Positions 51,905-64,000 of a stretch of 64,000 nt of DNA are shown here, piece by piece (within the stretch, counting starts at the first letter, position 1; every line of letters begins with the position of its first letter). The translations under genes were made by a program, and so were the position numbers. This DNA comes from Blasia pusilla (taxonomy: Eukaryota), in assembly GCA_050084515.1 (NCBI GenBank), contig CM114271.1:28644001-28708000 (forward strand), read 5' to 3'. The notes below the pieces were generated by a model. It had not been told where the DNA came from. It did no database searches and saw only the letters and a program-made list of their open reading frames with translations.

Positions 51905-53760
51905 GGGATGTACGCAAGAGAGGGTGCAAAAGATCTTTCTATAAGAAGAATTGGGTGTAAGAAACCAAACTCCTTATGCCATTCTTCTTGCAGAAACAGG
52001 TTGTCTCCTTTTAGAGGCTAAAGCTCTCTACTTGACCATCATTATGTCGCAAGGGTGAGATCTCTTGAGGTTTCTTGCCTCCCTTATCAAGCTTTGCAAG
52101 CCACACGTTCTATAGGGTGGATTGTGGATGTGGTGACTTGGTCTTCAAAGTGGAATATGGCGGAACGTGATTGGGACTTAAAACCGATGGCACTCCGTGA
52201 ACATCTACAGAAGAAATTTCTTAACATCATTTGGAGCAGTACGAGGACCAAAATGGAGTATTATCAACTTCATATTAATCCTATGCTTGTATATTGTGAA
52301 CAAGGATACCTATTTGCGGAGAACTCCACGTTCTTACGTGCAATTGGGTTCTCATCCTTGCGACATAATGATGGTCAAGTAGAGAGCTTTAGCCTCTAAA
52401 AGGAGACAACCTGTATCCGCATGAGATTCGAGAATCCACACGCAATTGGGTCTCATAGGCTAGGAATTGAGGAAGGACGATGGCTAAATTTTGATAGAAG
52501 TGAACGAATTTGTAAGTTATGTGACGGAGAGAGTATTGAGTATGAAGAGCATGTGTTAATCACATGTCCAAGGTATGAAGAGATTAGACTAGTTCATATA
52601 TAGATGTGGAGAATTTCTATTCCTTACTATAGCTAGTGCCTTATGAATTAGGTTGTAATATTAGGGATGTCATTATTCATTCCTCAAGTGCTAGGAGAAG
52701 GTCTTTAGGATTTTTTTCCGGGTCAGTGAATGAATGACTTGTAATGTGTTTTTTAGACTTTTGACCCTTTGAGTCCCACGGGCTTGATATATTTACCATT
52801 TACCATCTTCCTCTAGAAGTTGAAGCTCTGTAATTGACCATCACTTATATCGTAAGGGTGAGATCTCTTGATGATCTTGTCTTCCTCATCAAGCTGTACG
52901 AGTCACACGTTCCATGGATTGCAGATGTGGTGACTTGATCTTCAAAGTGGAATGTGGCGGAACGAGATTGGGACCTGAAACCGATGGCACTCCGTGACCA
53001 TCTACAGAAACAATTTCTCAATATAACTTAGAGCAGCACGAACACAAAAATGGAGTGTTATCAACTTCATGTTAATCATATGCTTGTATATTGTGAACAA
53101 GAATACCTACTTGCGGGGATCTCCACGTTCTTATTGCACGACATAGAACTGAGTCTCATAGACTAGAAATTAAGGAAGGACGTTGGCTCAACATTGATAG
53201 AAAAGAGAAAATTTATACGTTATGTCACGGAGAAAGTATTGAGGATGAAGTGCATGTGTTTGTTACATATTTAGGTATGAAGAGATTATACTAGCTCATA
53301 AAATAGATGTGAAGAATTTCAATTCTTTACTACAGTTTGTGCCTTATGATTTAGGTTGTTATATTAGAGATATCATTATTCATCACTCAAAAACTCTAGG
53401 CATTAGCTAGGAGATGATCTTTAGGGTCTTTTTCGGAGTTGGTATATTACTTGTAAAGTGTTTTTTAGCCTTTGGACCCTTTGGGTCTCACTGGCTTGAT
53501 CTATTTACTGTTTATCATTATGAAGAGATTAGACTAGTTTATAAAATAGATGTGGGGAATTTCTATTCTTTTTTATATCTAGTGCCTTATGATTTAGGTT
53601 TTTTAATTAGGGATATCATTATTCATCGCTCAAGTACTTTATGCATTGGCTAGGAGAAGGCCTTTAGGATCTTTTATTGAGTCAGTGGATTATTTGTAAT
53701 TTTCTTTTTAGCCTTTTGACTCTTTGGATCCTACGGGTTTGATGTAATTACCATTTACTG
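51905..53760 (+). mobile_element. Two to three tandem LINE 3' ends (C-terminal CCHC region, short TTTACCA-type tails)
   Basis: SHRLGIEEGRW...ERICKLCDGESIEYEEHVLITCPRY at 52450-52580, repeated at about 53150-53290; tails atttaccatttaccat (about 52790), atttactgtttatcat (about 53502) and attaccatttactg (about 53747). Confidence 0.8.
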
Positions 53761-53769
53761 TTTTTTTTC

Positions 53770-54085
53770 TACAAGGTAAAGCTAGGCTGAAGGAGATTGC
53801 TAAGGTTAAGGAGGGTCAAGAAGTAGGTTTTATTGCCTTTCTTCGCTACGGTGGAGCCATCATTACTCAGAGAAAGCGAGACTCATCAACATAGCAATCC
53901 AAAGATCTAAGAGTCTTGACCTGGAATATACGAGGTCTTGTAACCAAAAAGTACACAAGTGCCCTACTAGTGAACCATTCCATTGTCTTACTAGGGATGT
54001 TCTCAAATATCAAAGCAAATGTGAAGTCGTTCTAGTAGGAGATTTCAATGCCTATACACATATTGCTCAATTCACCTAGTCTAGT
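53770..54085 (+). mobile_element. LINE ORF1-end/endonuclease-start fragment with internal deletion
   Basis: VLTWNIRGLVT at about 53912 and LVGDFNAY at about 54032. Confidence 0.7.
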
Positions 54086-54089
54086 GACT

Positions 54090-55085
54090 TCTTGACATCT
54101 CTTCAGTGTCATATGAAGCTGAGATTTGGAGGCAACATGGAGTGTGAGGAGGCCCTCTAGCCTTGCAAATTTCAAGCACAACAGAGTTACAGAGACGAAT
54201 ATGTGAGCAATTTGAGTTTCTGCTCTTCTGCATTTCAAGATTTCATATCTGAATCTTGCAGAGACCATATCTTTCACGTGGAGTGTTATTTGAAGCTGAA
54301 ATTTTGAGCCAAAAAGAAGTGTAAAGACGCGCCTTACATCTAGAAATCTCAACCACAACCAAGTTACAAAGACCAAGTTGTGAGAGATTTTAGTTTCTGC
54401 TCTTCTACATTTGTGAGAAAACAGAAAGTGACGAAATCACTGAAATCTTTACAAAACTTACAGATACAAAGTGGCCTAGTCCGTCCGTGCTTCAAAGAAC
54501 ATGGAGATAACTCGACATACGAGAATGCGCTACCGTTGCGGCTCCCGACTATTTGACTACTCGGAAAAACTAGGGTTTTTACCTATTTTTCTTCATTTCT
54601 ATTAATAGATTTTTTTTCATCTAACCCTATATTGCATCAGGGTGCCCTGCACCCTGATGCAATATGGGGTTAGATAAACCTAGTAATGCTACTCCTAAAA
54701 CCACGTACGTCATATTACTATGACTCCTCCGATGTCTAAGTCGCAACCATCGATCTAGGCTTCTCCTCATACAAGGGGGCCGATCAGATTAATGGTGCTT
54801 AGAGAAGTGAATATTGAAAATCCAACAAATTTCAGATCTGAATCATGCAGAGGCCATATCTTTCAGATGGAATGTTATATGATGCTGACATTTTGAGGCA
54901 ATGTGGAGTGTACAAAGGCGCCCTAGTCCTAAAAATTTCAAACACATCCAAGTTACAAAGACTAAGTTGTGAGAGCTTTGAATATTTATGCTCTTCCACA
55001 TTTGAGGATTTCAAATCTGAATCTTGCGGAGGTCATATCTTTCGGGTGGAGAGTCACATGAAAGTGAAATTTTTTGAAATCGACG
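54090..55085. repeat. Degenerate tandem repeat (unit about 180 bp), interrupted at about 54412-54830
   Basis: Recurring tctgaatc.tgc.gag..catatctttc...tgga and aagttacaaagac.aagttgtgagag at about 54248, 54361, 54836, 54951 and 55016. Confidence 0.75.
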
Positions 55086-55129
55086 AAACCGCAGAACAAA
55101 GCTTTCCCATTGCCCTTAGATTTCTCCCG

Positions 55130-56825
55130 TAAAACACGCGAGGCCAAGCTTGATATGGTCGATGGCGTTGTATGTTGGGCGAAAAACCAGCTTGGACTCG
55201 TGCTCTCTTTTGGAAAGACTCTGTCCATACGCTCAACTTTGACTCCACCAATTTCCCAAACAGCTTGGCAAAAACACTACCCACCATGATAGCGCGATAG
55301 TTTATCACCAAGTCCTTCCTTCCCGATTTGTGAATAGCAACAATCTTCCGTAGCGACCAGGTTGAAGGAAAACCATAGATAGCGGCATCACTCAATACTT
55401 CGGTGAGGATCGGTCGAATAGAATCTCCTCCCCATTTGAAAAGTTCACTAGAAGGACCATCCAAATCCGCACATTTACCATTTGCTAATCTTCTTAGTTG
55501 AGTCATCACCTCTCCTTCAGAAAATAAGCCCCGGTATTCACGGAGAGTGGTGCAGAATAACAAACTTCCAGATAAACAACAAGATCCCCCGACCAAACAA
55601 GACGTAGCCAATGATATTGGCCCCCCGATATCTTGATCTTCTAGATGTATCAAAGGTAGAAATTGACACCTGATGAAAGCAACGATACCGCCATAACCCC
55701 TTCCAACCCGTTGCCTTCTTTGGTTCCATGTTGATCCGACCAAAGTGAACCCTTGCATCTCTGCAATAGTATTGCTCTCATGTTCCCAAGTCTCCACAAT
55801 GTTGATGATGTCCGCCATCTCCCAAACCGGTAGAGCACTCACATACTTTGTTGTTGAAAGGCCTCGTAATATTCCACGTCATTACTCTCGGCTTATTGGA
55901 CTGCTAGGTTGATAACTCTCTTTTTCTCTGGGTAACAGTTGCTCGACCATCGCGTACATAAGCAATAAAACATGCTTCGTGAGCCTCTTTGAACTTTGCA
56001 AGCTCCTTTCTCCTAGCTTCGACTTGTAGAGGTGTAAGATCAGGATCCAACCATATCCTCCGGCCTTTGAGAATGGCCTTGTAAGCCATGGCAGTATCAT
56101 GTTGAGTTTGATCAACAAACTTAACTAGAATGGCACGAGGTTGTGTTCCCGTCTTCCCAATACGGAAAGCTTGAGCCAAGTTCGGGTTGTGAGCATGAAG
56201 TGTATCAACCAAGAACTCGGTGACAACACTCTTCACCTCTTCGCTCTGTGTTTCCGGCAAACCTGAGATTCTCACATTCTTTCTACGGGAAAATTGGTTT
56301 TCCTTTCCTTTCTATCTCTTTGTTCTTGACAGAAAGAGAGATATGAGCAACCTCTGTAGCTTCAGCATAAGATTTCGTTTTCACTTCTAAAGTTTCAACA
56401 ACCTCGTGCAATCCTGAACTATTGGGAGTAGTCGCCAATGATGATGCCTTCTCTTGAACATCCGCGACACACTTGGAAAGGATCCAGCATCACACTAGAG
56501 CTATCTTTCAACACTTTCTTCAACATCTCAGAGCTTCCAAGGTAACCAACTTCCACTCTCTTTTGCACGCAAAGTGCCCAACTATAATAATCACGAGGGA
56601 AATCAATGCTTAGATATTTGTAACTCTTCGCTTGTTCTAATTGTAGACCTTTGTAAGAGAACGAGAACTTGGATCTAGCGCCCACTATAATCAATGACTT
56701 AAATTTAGACTTCTCATATTAGCCTCCATCTGATTCTAGGTACAAAAAACTCGCCAAAGTGTCGAGGTGTTTTTGGAAATCACGCGCTAGTAATATGATG
56801 TCGTCTGCATACAATATCGAGAGCT
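55130..56825 (-). mobile_element. Rearranged LINE fragments: ORF1 (56520-55904), endonuclease start fused by deletion to the RT N-terminus (55880-55130), and a separate RT YADD piece (56825-56530)
   Basis: INIVETW...GYGGIVAFI; IVAIHKSGRKDLVINYRAIMV...QAGF; LSILYADDIILL...YKYL. Confidence 0.85.
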
Positions 56826-58060
56826 TTGATGACAAAGTCCCCAAGCTTGACGGCATTAGGAGAGCATGCGGCACTTTCCTAAACAAGAACTGTACAAGGA
56901 CTGGACGACCACTGGCTGGGTTTTGGGGACTCAAAACCTTTGATCGTTTCACAAGAACCGGGGATCAATTGAAGTACTTCTTCTACCCAAATGAATCTTG
57001 CGCTTTCTGGAAGTCTTATCCGGCCGCCATTGGAGCTCCGGGGAATATCCCCACGATTTGGCCCATCGCCGCAGGTACGAACTGCACTCAAGACGAAGTG
57101 GACAATCTTACAAGTGGTTTTGAGACTCGAGCGGGAAGTTCGGAGCATGTTAGCATTCAGAGTCCTTTGCATTTCGTATTCAACCCAAGATTGATGTCAA
57201 CATGTACCCGGAGAAGGTGGATGATCTCAATCCACTATTTATGTTTGAGTCTAGAAATGGGGTGAAGAGAAACAGAATGTGTAGGCCAACGGTGGAGAGA
57301 GCAAAGCGAATTGCATCAGCTCGAGAGGCAAAAATGGAGATCATCGCCACGAAAGATGTCTTGAGTGGCAATGGAATAGGAAGGATGTATTGGGTGGGAA
57401 CAACATTTGTAAATTCAAGTGTCACAGGGTGTATGTGGTGCACATCTGTTGCTTTCCCACATGTTCATGTGATGACTTTGTCCAAAGAGAGACAAGTGGC
57501 AAAAGGTATTTCCCTTGTAAGCACATGTACTATGTGTTGCTGGTAGTTTTAAGAGAGTCGGAGGTAGGAGTAGGAATCCACCAACCAATTCTGTCCCTCA
57601 AAGAAGTGCAAAGTATTTTAAACAAACCACTTTGAGGATGCAAAATGAGGTTTTAGATTGTACTTTCATTTTTCAAGAACCATCACTTTGAGCTTGAACT
57701 CTATTCAGCGTAGGGCAAATGGTAGATTGTTTCCAGACCTTGGATGGAAAAAGTGATTGGTTCCACACTTATGATTCCAGTGATTTTTCAGTTTTGTATA
57801 TTTTGTGCAATTTGCAACCGGTCGGACTCAGATGGGTTGCCAAAATATGGAAGAGAAAAAAAAAACGATGGGACTGCTTAATAACTGAACAAAAAAGTGC
57901 AAAAAAATTCACACAAAAAGTTTCCTCTCTTCAACCAAACGAAAATCTTCAAAAAAAAGTATCTATTTCGGTTGAAGGTAGTTTCCTCTCTCCTCTCTCC
58001 TCTCTTCCTCTCTCCTCTCTTCTCTCTTCCTCTCTTCCTCTCTTCCTCTCCTCTTACTGC
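56825..58060 (+). mobile_element. C-terminal SWIM zinc-finger end of a probable MULE-type transposase (stop at about 57634), followed by one palindrome and a CT-rich subterminal tract
   Basis: YVVHICCFPTCSCDDFVQRETSGKRYFPCKHMYYVL (CxC...CxH); gcaaccggtcggactcagatgggttgc at 57814; tract 57984-58057 resembles the tract at the other termini. Confidence 0.65.
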
Positions 58061-58067
58061 ATCTCTA

Positions 58068-61000
58068 TAGACCAAGATGGCACTTAGGTGATGGGCGCCT
58101 TAGCTCATTACCCATTCAGTTCAGAGGTGCAATGATCGAGCGATGGCCACGAGAGGTGGCGACCTTAGCAGCATTTAGCAGTGCCATCACTTGGCCTAGT
58201 GATTGGATTGAGGGATATGTCCATGCAAAGGATACTCCCGTTCGTGACATTTCTATGGAGAGGAGTGTTATGGTAGCCGCATCATTCTGTGGAGGAGAGG
58301 TGTCGTTGTGGGGCTTGACTGAGGAGCTTCGACGATTGGCATATGAGCACGTGCAGACCGCCTGGAGCGAGGCGTTTGCACCGGAGCGTGACGGGTCTAA
58401 GGAACCCGAGGTAGTAGGGAGTGCTACAAAGACACCCTTGGATACCACACCTATTGTGTCGTGTATCCCAGAAGAGGATATTTGAGTGTTAGATCTCTTT
58501 GGAGGGATTAGCATCGGGTTAGCTGTTGTTTTGCAGGCATGAGTGCGAGTGCAGCAATACCTGTACGTGGAGAGTGATGATGTTGCGAGGCGTGTCTCAC
58601 TATGACATGTGGCGTAGTTATGTCTACGTTTTCCAGACTTATTTTCTGCGTCCGCAGTACAGGGGTACGGAAGTTCCCTACCGAGGGATATTTCGTTGTT
58701 GGGGGCGCAGGACTTAGAGTGGGTAGGGACCACTCATTTGGTCATTTCCTGTAGGCCATGTCTGGGCCAATCGAGTGTTGGACGAGGCAGCAGGTTGGCT
58801 GACACTCGGTCCACGTTGTTTTGGGAGATGTTGAGGGTCTTACGACAGTTGCAGGAGCACCAGTCTTGTTCTCTAGCCTACATTTCGGAGAATGGGCCGA
58901 TCTTAGGAGACTCCAGGTCACAAGTGGTGACAAGTGATCAGAAGGTGCATGCCTTGATTGGCTCAGTAGTGTTCTTGGATGCGGCGAGAGTAGGTTCTAG
59001 AGCCCATCGCCTGCGTCTATGATGGATCAACTTGGTGCCCCATGCGATGTTATGGAGGGCGTATGCGAGAGTGGAGCACCCCTCCCATTTGTTAGTGGAT
59101 TCCGTTCTAGATCCAGGTCGACAATCACAGGCAGTGAGGTACCATGATCGACCACTGTTGACTGTGGTCAACAAGGTAGGCAAGCCGCGGGCAGCCTTGC
59201 CCACGTTTGTGAGTTTTCTCACTTCCTATGCATACAAGGAGGCCGGTCTTGGCTTCGTTTGGGATGACCAGGTTCAACGGTTGGTGGAACCCAACGCCGA
59301 CAAGATCTAGAGAGAGCGAGCGATGGGATTTCCCACAGGAGTGACGGTAGTACCGTCAGTGTCAAAGGCATCACGACGCCATGTCTTGGGTCACGCAATG
59401 GACCTGAACTGCTTCCTCAGCTTGGGAGTGGCTGAGGAGCACCGTATGAGATCGCGACAGATCACAGCGGTTGCATTGGTGAGCCCCATGCCTACCAAGA
59501 CAGTGGAGGCAGTGGCTGGGGGCGAGACCCGAGTAGATCTACACACAAGAGGAGATCGGGAAGACACTCTTGGACTTCTTGGGATATTTTGCAGGTATGC
59601 CAGGAGATGATAGCCACACCATCGAGCGTGGTTCCGGGCACTGCACGTGGAGGAGATCAGAAGGATAGTGTCCGAGTGTTGTTGTTTGAGACGGGGTTGC
59701 ACCATAGCAACCACTGATACCCACGTTGGAGAGTCCTACCGTAGTCACGATGGAGACTTGGGAGCCAGATATGGGCCCTAAATTGACAAGAGGAGAGCGG
59801 CGCCGGATACATCAGTTCCTTAGGAGTTATAGGAGCTGCTTTACTTTTAGCATGGAGAATTTGGGTACGCTGAAGCGACTGGGGATCCGCGTTGAGTTGT
59901 CGAGTGATACACTGATCTGCCGACAATCCTACACATACAGTGTTATGGAGAGGGCTCTGATTCAGAGTGGGAGCTAGGACTTGGTCTGAGGAGGACTAAT
60001 GGAGATGTCGCATGGGGAGTATGCATCTGCCACTGTCATGCCCGCCAAGAAGGATATGCATGGCAACTGGACAAATAGGCGGATGTGTGGGGATTACCGA
60101 CCTATCAATCGGCAGACAAAGTCCGATAGGTATGCCATGCCCACTCGTGAGGAGATCTTTGATGCAATTGGTCACGCAAAGGTCTTCAATTCATTGGATT
60201 TGTGAGCCGGCTACCATCAGCTGCCTATTAGATTGGAGAACCGGCAGAAGACGGCATTTTGGGGCATCGATCCTCACGGGAAGGATTGTTTGTACCAATG
60301 GTGGTTCATACCATTTGGATTAAAGAACGCCCCGGCTGAGTATTAGAGGGTCATGGATAGGATCTTGGCTGGTCTAGATTTTGCTAGGTGTTATATTGAT
60401 GACATCGTAGTCTTTAGCGCCACGATTGAGGAGCATGAGCGACATCTAAGCAGGTGTTTCGACGATTGCAATTACATGGGCTGAAGCTACATCCAGGCAA
60501 GTGCAAGTTCTTCTATGACCAGATTGAGTACTTGGGTCATACGATATACCCGAGGGGCCTTGGTATTCAACAGACAAAGGTCGAGGCTATCTCACGCATT
60601 CCACGCCCTACAGATGTGAGCCGTGTTGGCGCATTCATGGGATTGGCAAACTTCTATCGGCGATACGTCAAGGGATTCAGTTCGATTGCGAAGCCGTTGA
60701 CCTTGCTGACCAAGGTGGATCACGAGTGGCACTGGGGGGATGAGAAGGAGGGAGCATTTCACTTGCTCAAGGACAGGTTGACGTCCACACCCATCTTGAG
60801 GAGACCGATCAGGGGGCGTCCTTTCTAGTTGCACACAGATTGGAGCATGTTGGGGCTTGGAGCGGTGCTCACCCAACATGATGATGAGGCTAGAGAGTTT
60901 GTGGTGGCTTACGCTAGCCGCTCGAACAATGCTGCAAAGGCAAAGTACAGCTTGTATGAGGGTGAGTGCTTGGCTGCAGTGTGGGCTATTGCGCATTCAA

Positions 61001-62437
61001 GTGTTACTTATTCGGCAACCCCTTTACCATCATCATTGATCATCAACCACAGAAGTGGTTGATGGAGTCCAACAAGCTTACAAGGAAGCTTACGAGATGG
61101 GCTCTGTTGTTGCACGAGTATGATTTTCAGGTGGTACATAGACCTGAGATGCTCAACCAAGATGCAAATGGGTTGAGTCGTAACCCATGCTTGAGTCAAT
61201 GAGATGTGACTGGAGCTCAATGGCATGGAGAGAGTGATGAGGAGTCAGTGCCAGGATGGCACGCGTCAGCCTATTTAGTCATGTTGGCTATGGAGAGCCA
61301 CAGTGTGGAGACTTCGATGGCGAGGTCTAGTGGAGAGTCCTTGGATCCCGAGGCAAGTGAGAGACAAAAAGTGGCCAAGATATTCATGATGATGGAGTAG
61401 TCTTAGAGTACCTTCGTATTTCCAACGTTGTGAGCACCGTGGGTGCTAGAGAGGGGGATTAGATCCTACAGCAGGCCAGACGGTTCCATTGGGAGGGGAC
61501 ACATGTTTTGAGGGTTTGGAAGGATGGTAGAGTACGCGTAGTGCTGCATCCTTTGCATAGAGCACGACTAGTGCAGCATGCCCACGAGGATTTGGGTCAC
61601 TTTGGTGTGAAGCGGACGTATAGTTTGCTCCAGATTCAGTATTGGTGACGCGGCATGCAGACTGACGTTCAGCAGTTTGTTGCTAGGTGCATGGTGTGTG
61701 ATCAGGTCTAAGAAATGTTCAATGCAACGACTCCACAGTTGCATCCATTACCAATCATGGGCTTAGGATATAGATGGAGTTTGGATTTTGTAGGACCTTT
61801 GCCTTTGACGGAGCGTCACAGTCGTTATGTGTTGGTGATGGTCGAGCACTTCTCGAAGTGGATCGAGTTGGTTGCATTTCCTAACAAAGCAAGTAAGGGA
61901 GTAGCTTATGCCTTCCTTGACAGAGTACTGAGTCATTATGGTGCACCGGATGAGGTGTTGACAGACCAGGGTACCGAGTTTCGCGGTGAGTTCGAGACCT
62001 TGTGTGATCAGGCGCTGATCGACCACCGCACAACTTCGCGAGATCATCCCGAGGTGGATGGATTAGCAGAGAGAGTTGTGCAGAAGGTGAAGAGGGGTTT
62101 ACGCAAGTATGGCTTGTAGAGAGGTCACCTGGGAGATTGGGACCTCCAGTTGCCATGGTTGGCGATGGGATACAGATTCTGCAGGCAGGCATCCTTAGCG
62201 TCTTTTTCATCGTACTTGCTACTTTATGTTCGAGAGCCAGATTTACCTGCGGCCATTCGTCAAGATGCTAGTGAGGTGTTGGACCTTGATGACCCTGATG
62301 TATGGATGCAAGCATGTTCTCAGAATGCTGAGTTATTTCGGAGAGTGATGCCCATGGCGTTCGAGAACTTGGCGATTGCGCAACATCGGGATACGTTGAG
62401 GTATGCGACTATTCGGGGTGGTGGTTATTGACCAACT
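58068..62437 (+). mobile_element. Ty3/gypsy G5: C5 methyltransferase (about 58480-59420), RT, RNase H, integrase; many stops
   Basis: VLDLFGGISIGL, ISCRPCLGQS, YISENG, LDAARVGSRAHRLRL, ERAMGF...VLGHAMD; RT CYIDDIVVFS at about 60390; integrase 61715-62119. Confidence 0.92.
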
Positions 62438-62619
62438 AAAGATTTCATGAATTTGAAATGTGGTCCACTTGCTACTCTCTTCTAAAGATTTCATGAATTT
62501 GAAAGCAAACAAAAATTTCAAATATGTCAAAAAGTTTTGAAGAGAGGAGGCGGATTTTGCCCTTTTTTTTGAAGAGAGACTCTCCTCTCTTCCTCTCTCC
62601 TGCCAGAATACCAGCCCCC
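62438..62619 (+). mobile_element. Isolated terminal fragment (about 180 bp) of the palindrome-bearing DNA transposon
   Basis: Matches 48755-48939 and 25045-25220; ends GAATACCAGCCCCC. Confidence 0.85.
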
Positions 62620-62654
62620 GCACCGAGCGCGCCATGTGTGCCCTAGGCGCCAAC

Positions 62655-62931
62655 TTAGGGCCTGCAAAAATTGGTCAGCTGGACCAAAACTTTGCGGGCT
62701 TCTAGCCCACACTCTGCCTGTAGTGCGGGCTCAAGGCTTGCACTAAGCCCGCATCGAGCCTCGTATTTCCTAGGCACGGGCTCGAGGCCCACAAGTTTTG
62801 GACTCCATGTGGATAAGGTGCATGCAGGTAGGCACGGGCTTAAGGCCCACCATGAGCTTGCACCCAAAGCCCGCAAAAATTTGGTCCGATGGACCAACAT
62901 TTGCTACGGCATATGTTGGTCAGGCCCTAAG
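62655..62931. mobile_element. Putative MITE-like insert of about 277 bp
   Basis: Perfect 11-bp inverted ends CTTAGGGCCTG...CAGGCCCTAAG plus internal inverted matches (ggaccaaaactttgcgggct / agcccgcaaaaatttggtcc); no exact direct TSD. Confidence 0.55.
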
Positions 62932-62938
62932 TCTGCCC

Positions 62939-64000
62939 GGGGGCTGGTAATTTAGCAGGAGAGAGTAAGAGAGGAGAGGAAGAGAGGAGAGTCTCTGTTA
63001 AAAAAAGGGCACAATCCGCCTCCTCTCTTCAAAACTTTTTGACATTTTTGAAATTTTTGTTTGCTTTCAAATTGATGAAATCTTTAGAAGAGAGTAGCAA
63101 GTGGACCACATTCGGGCCTAAAGTAACCTTCTTTTTCCAGGCTGGGAAAAACAAGTAGACATCATAAGACCACTACAAACATTCTTCCATCACTCTCCAT
63201 GTGAACCCAATTTTCTTCACATTGCGTGTCTAAGCCAGCTCTATAGTAAGTCGGGCTGAGGGGTATTATTGTTGGAGGACCGTCGGCATATAATATGACC
63301 AGAAGTAGCAATTTCATCTCAATGAAAGGTTCAAATAAAGACTCTAACTATGGTCTCAATAGACTCCTGTGCCCTTTAAGGTTTAACTTCTCTGAAGATG
63401 TGGTTGACATTATGGATTGTTGACTCTTCTTGCAAAAGGCATTAAATATCCCATCCGATCAATACTCATCCATGAGGGGGTTTTCCACAACAAAACAAAT
63501 CACTCATCACTGATGGTAGCCGAAGACTTTCATGACAACATTGGATGATATTGGCTCATGAATGGATGCATAAATTATACCATGGAGTGCTATGCATTTG
63601 ACAACTTGGTTTCACCATTCTCTCAGCCACTGAGAAATATATGCATCAAGAAGAAAATGTGATGAGATTGAGAGGATAATCGCGTCAAAAGGTTGATAGC
63701 TGTCAGGAGGAAAGAGGAACTGATGCACCCATGTCCCTTCATTCATACCCTAAATGTCAGAATCCGACAGGTTGCACCCCTTCCAACCCGTCGAAATCCG
63801 ATGGGTTGCACCCCTTGCAAGCAAACACACCACAACAAAAGAAGGATCTTGAGAAGTGATTCCATTCCATCCTGCAACCCATGAGAATCCGACTGGTTGG
63901 GAATTTGACATGAGAATCCGACAGGTAGTAGGAATCCAACACGTCTATGAAATACCGTGTTAGAGAAGAATGGTGTGACGATAATGGGGGAACGAGGCAA
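62939..64000 (-). mobile_element. DNA transposon copy D, inverted terminal region; runs off the window
   Basis: Near-identical reverse complement of about 47870-48939; begins GGGGGCTGGTAATTTAGCAGGAGAGAGTAAGAGAGG; palindrome at about 63784. Confidence 0.9.

Noticed and set aside
55054-55842. 262-aa ORF as a real protein
   Set aside because: Chimera of LINE endonuclease start and RT-proximal sequence created by deletion and frameshift.

Overview
Eukaryotic land-plant nuclear DNA (probably a non-seed plant; this is inferred from the transposon repertoire and cannot be proven here). Two intact host genes lie on the minus strand: the first five coding exons of a BIG5/MIN7-type ARF-GEF (625-4743, running off the window) and a two-exon LCAT-like acyltransferase/lipase (38163-40115). 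Most of the rest is a nest of decayed transposons. (1) Five pieces of a Ty3/gypsy family whose pol carries a C5-cytosine methyltransferase between protease and RT and a PHD finger after integrase. (2) Several pieces of a large, probably Mutator-like DNA transposon with a multi-exon cargo gene (ParB/Srx-like DGNHR domain plus a beta-class amino-methyltransferase-like domain). Its introns and intergenic DNA are packed with a 27-bp palindrome, GCAACCCGTCGGAnTCCGACGGGTTGC. (3) A Helitron helicase with three clustered 3' termini, LINE fragments, tandem repeats and a mitochondrial rRNA fragment. The palindrome-studded ParB/MTase element is the best candidate for an undescribed system. All domain calls come from motifs recognised by eye, and no searches were run.
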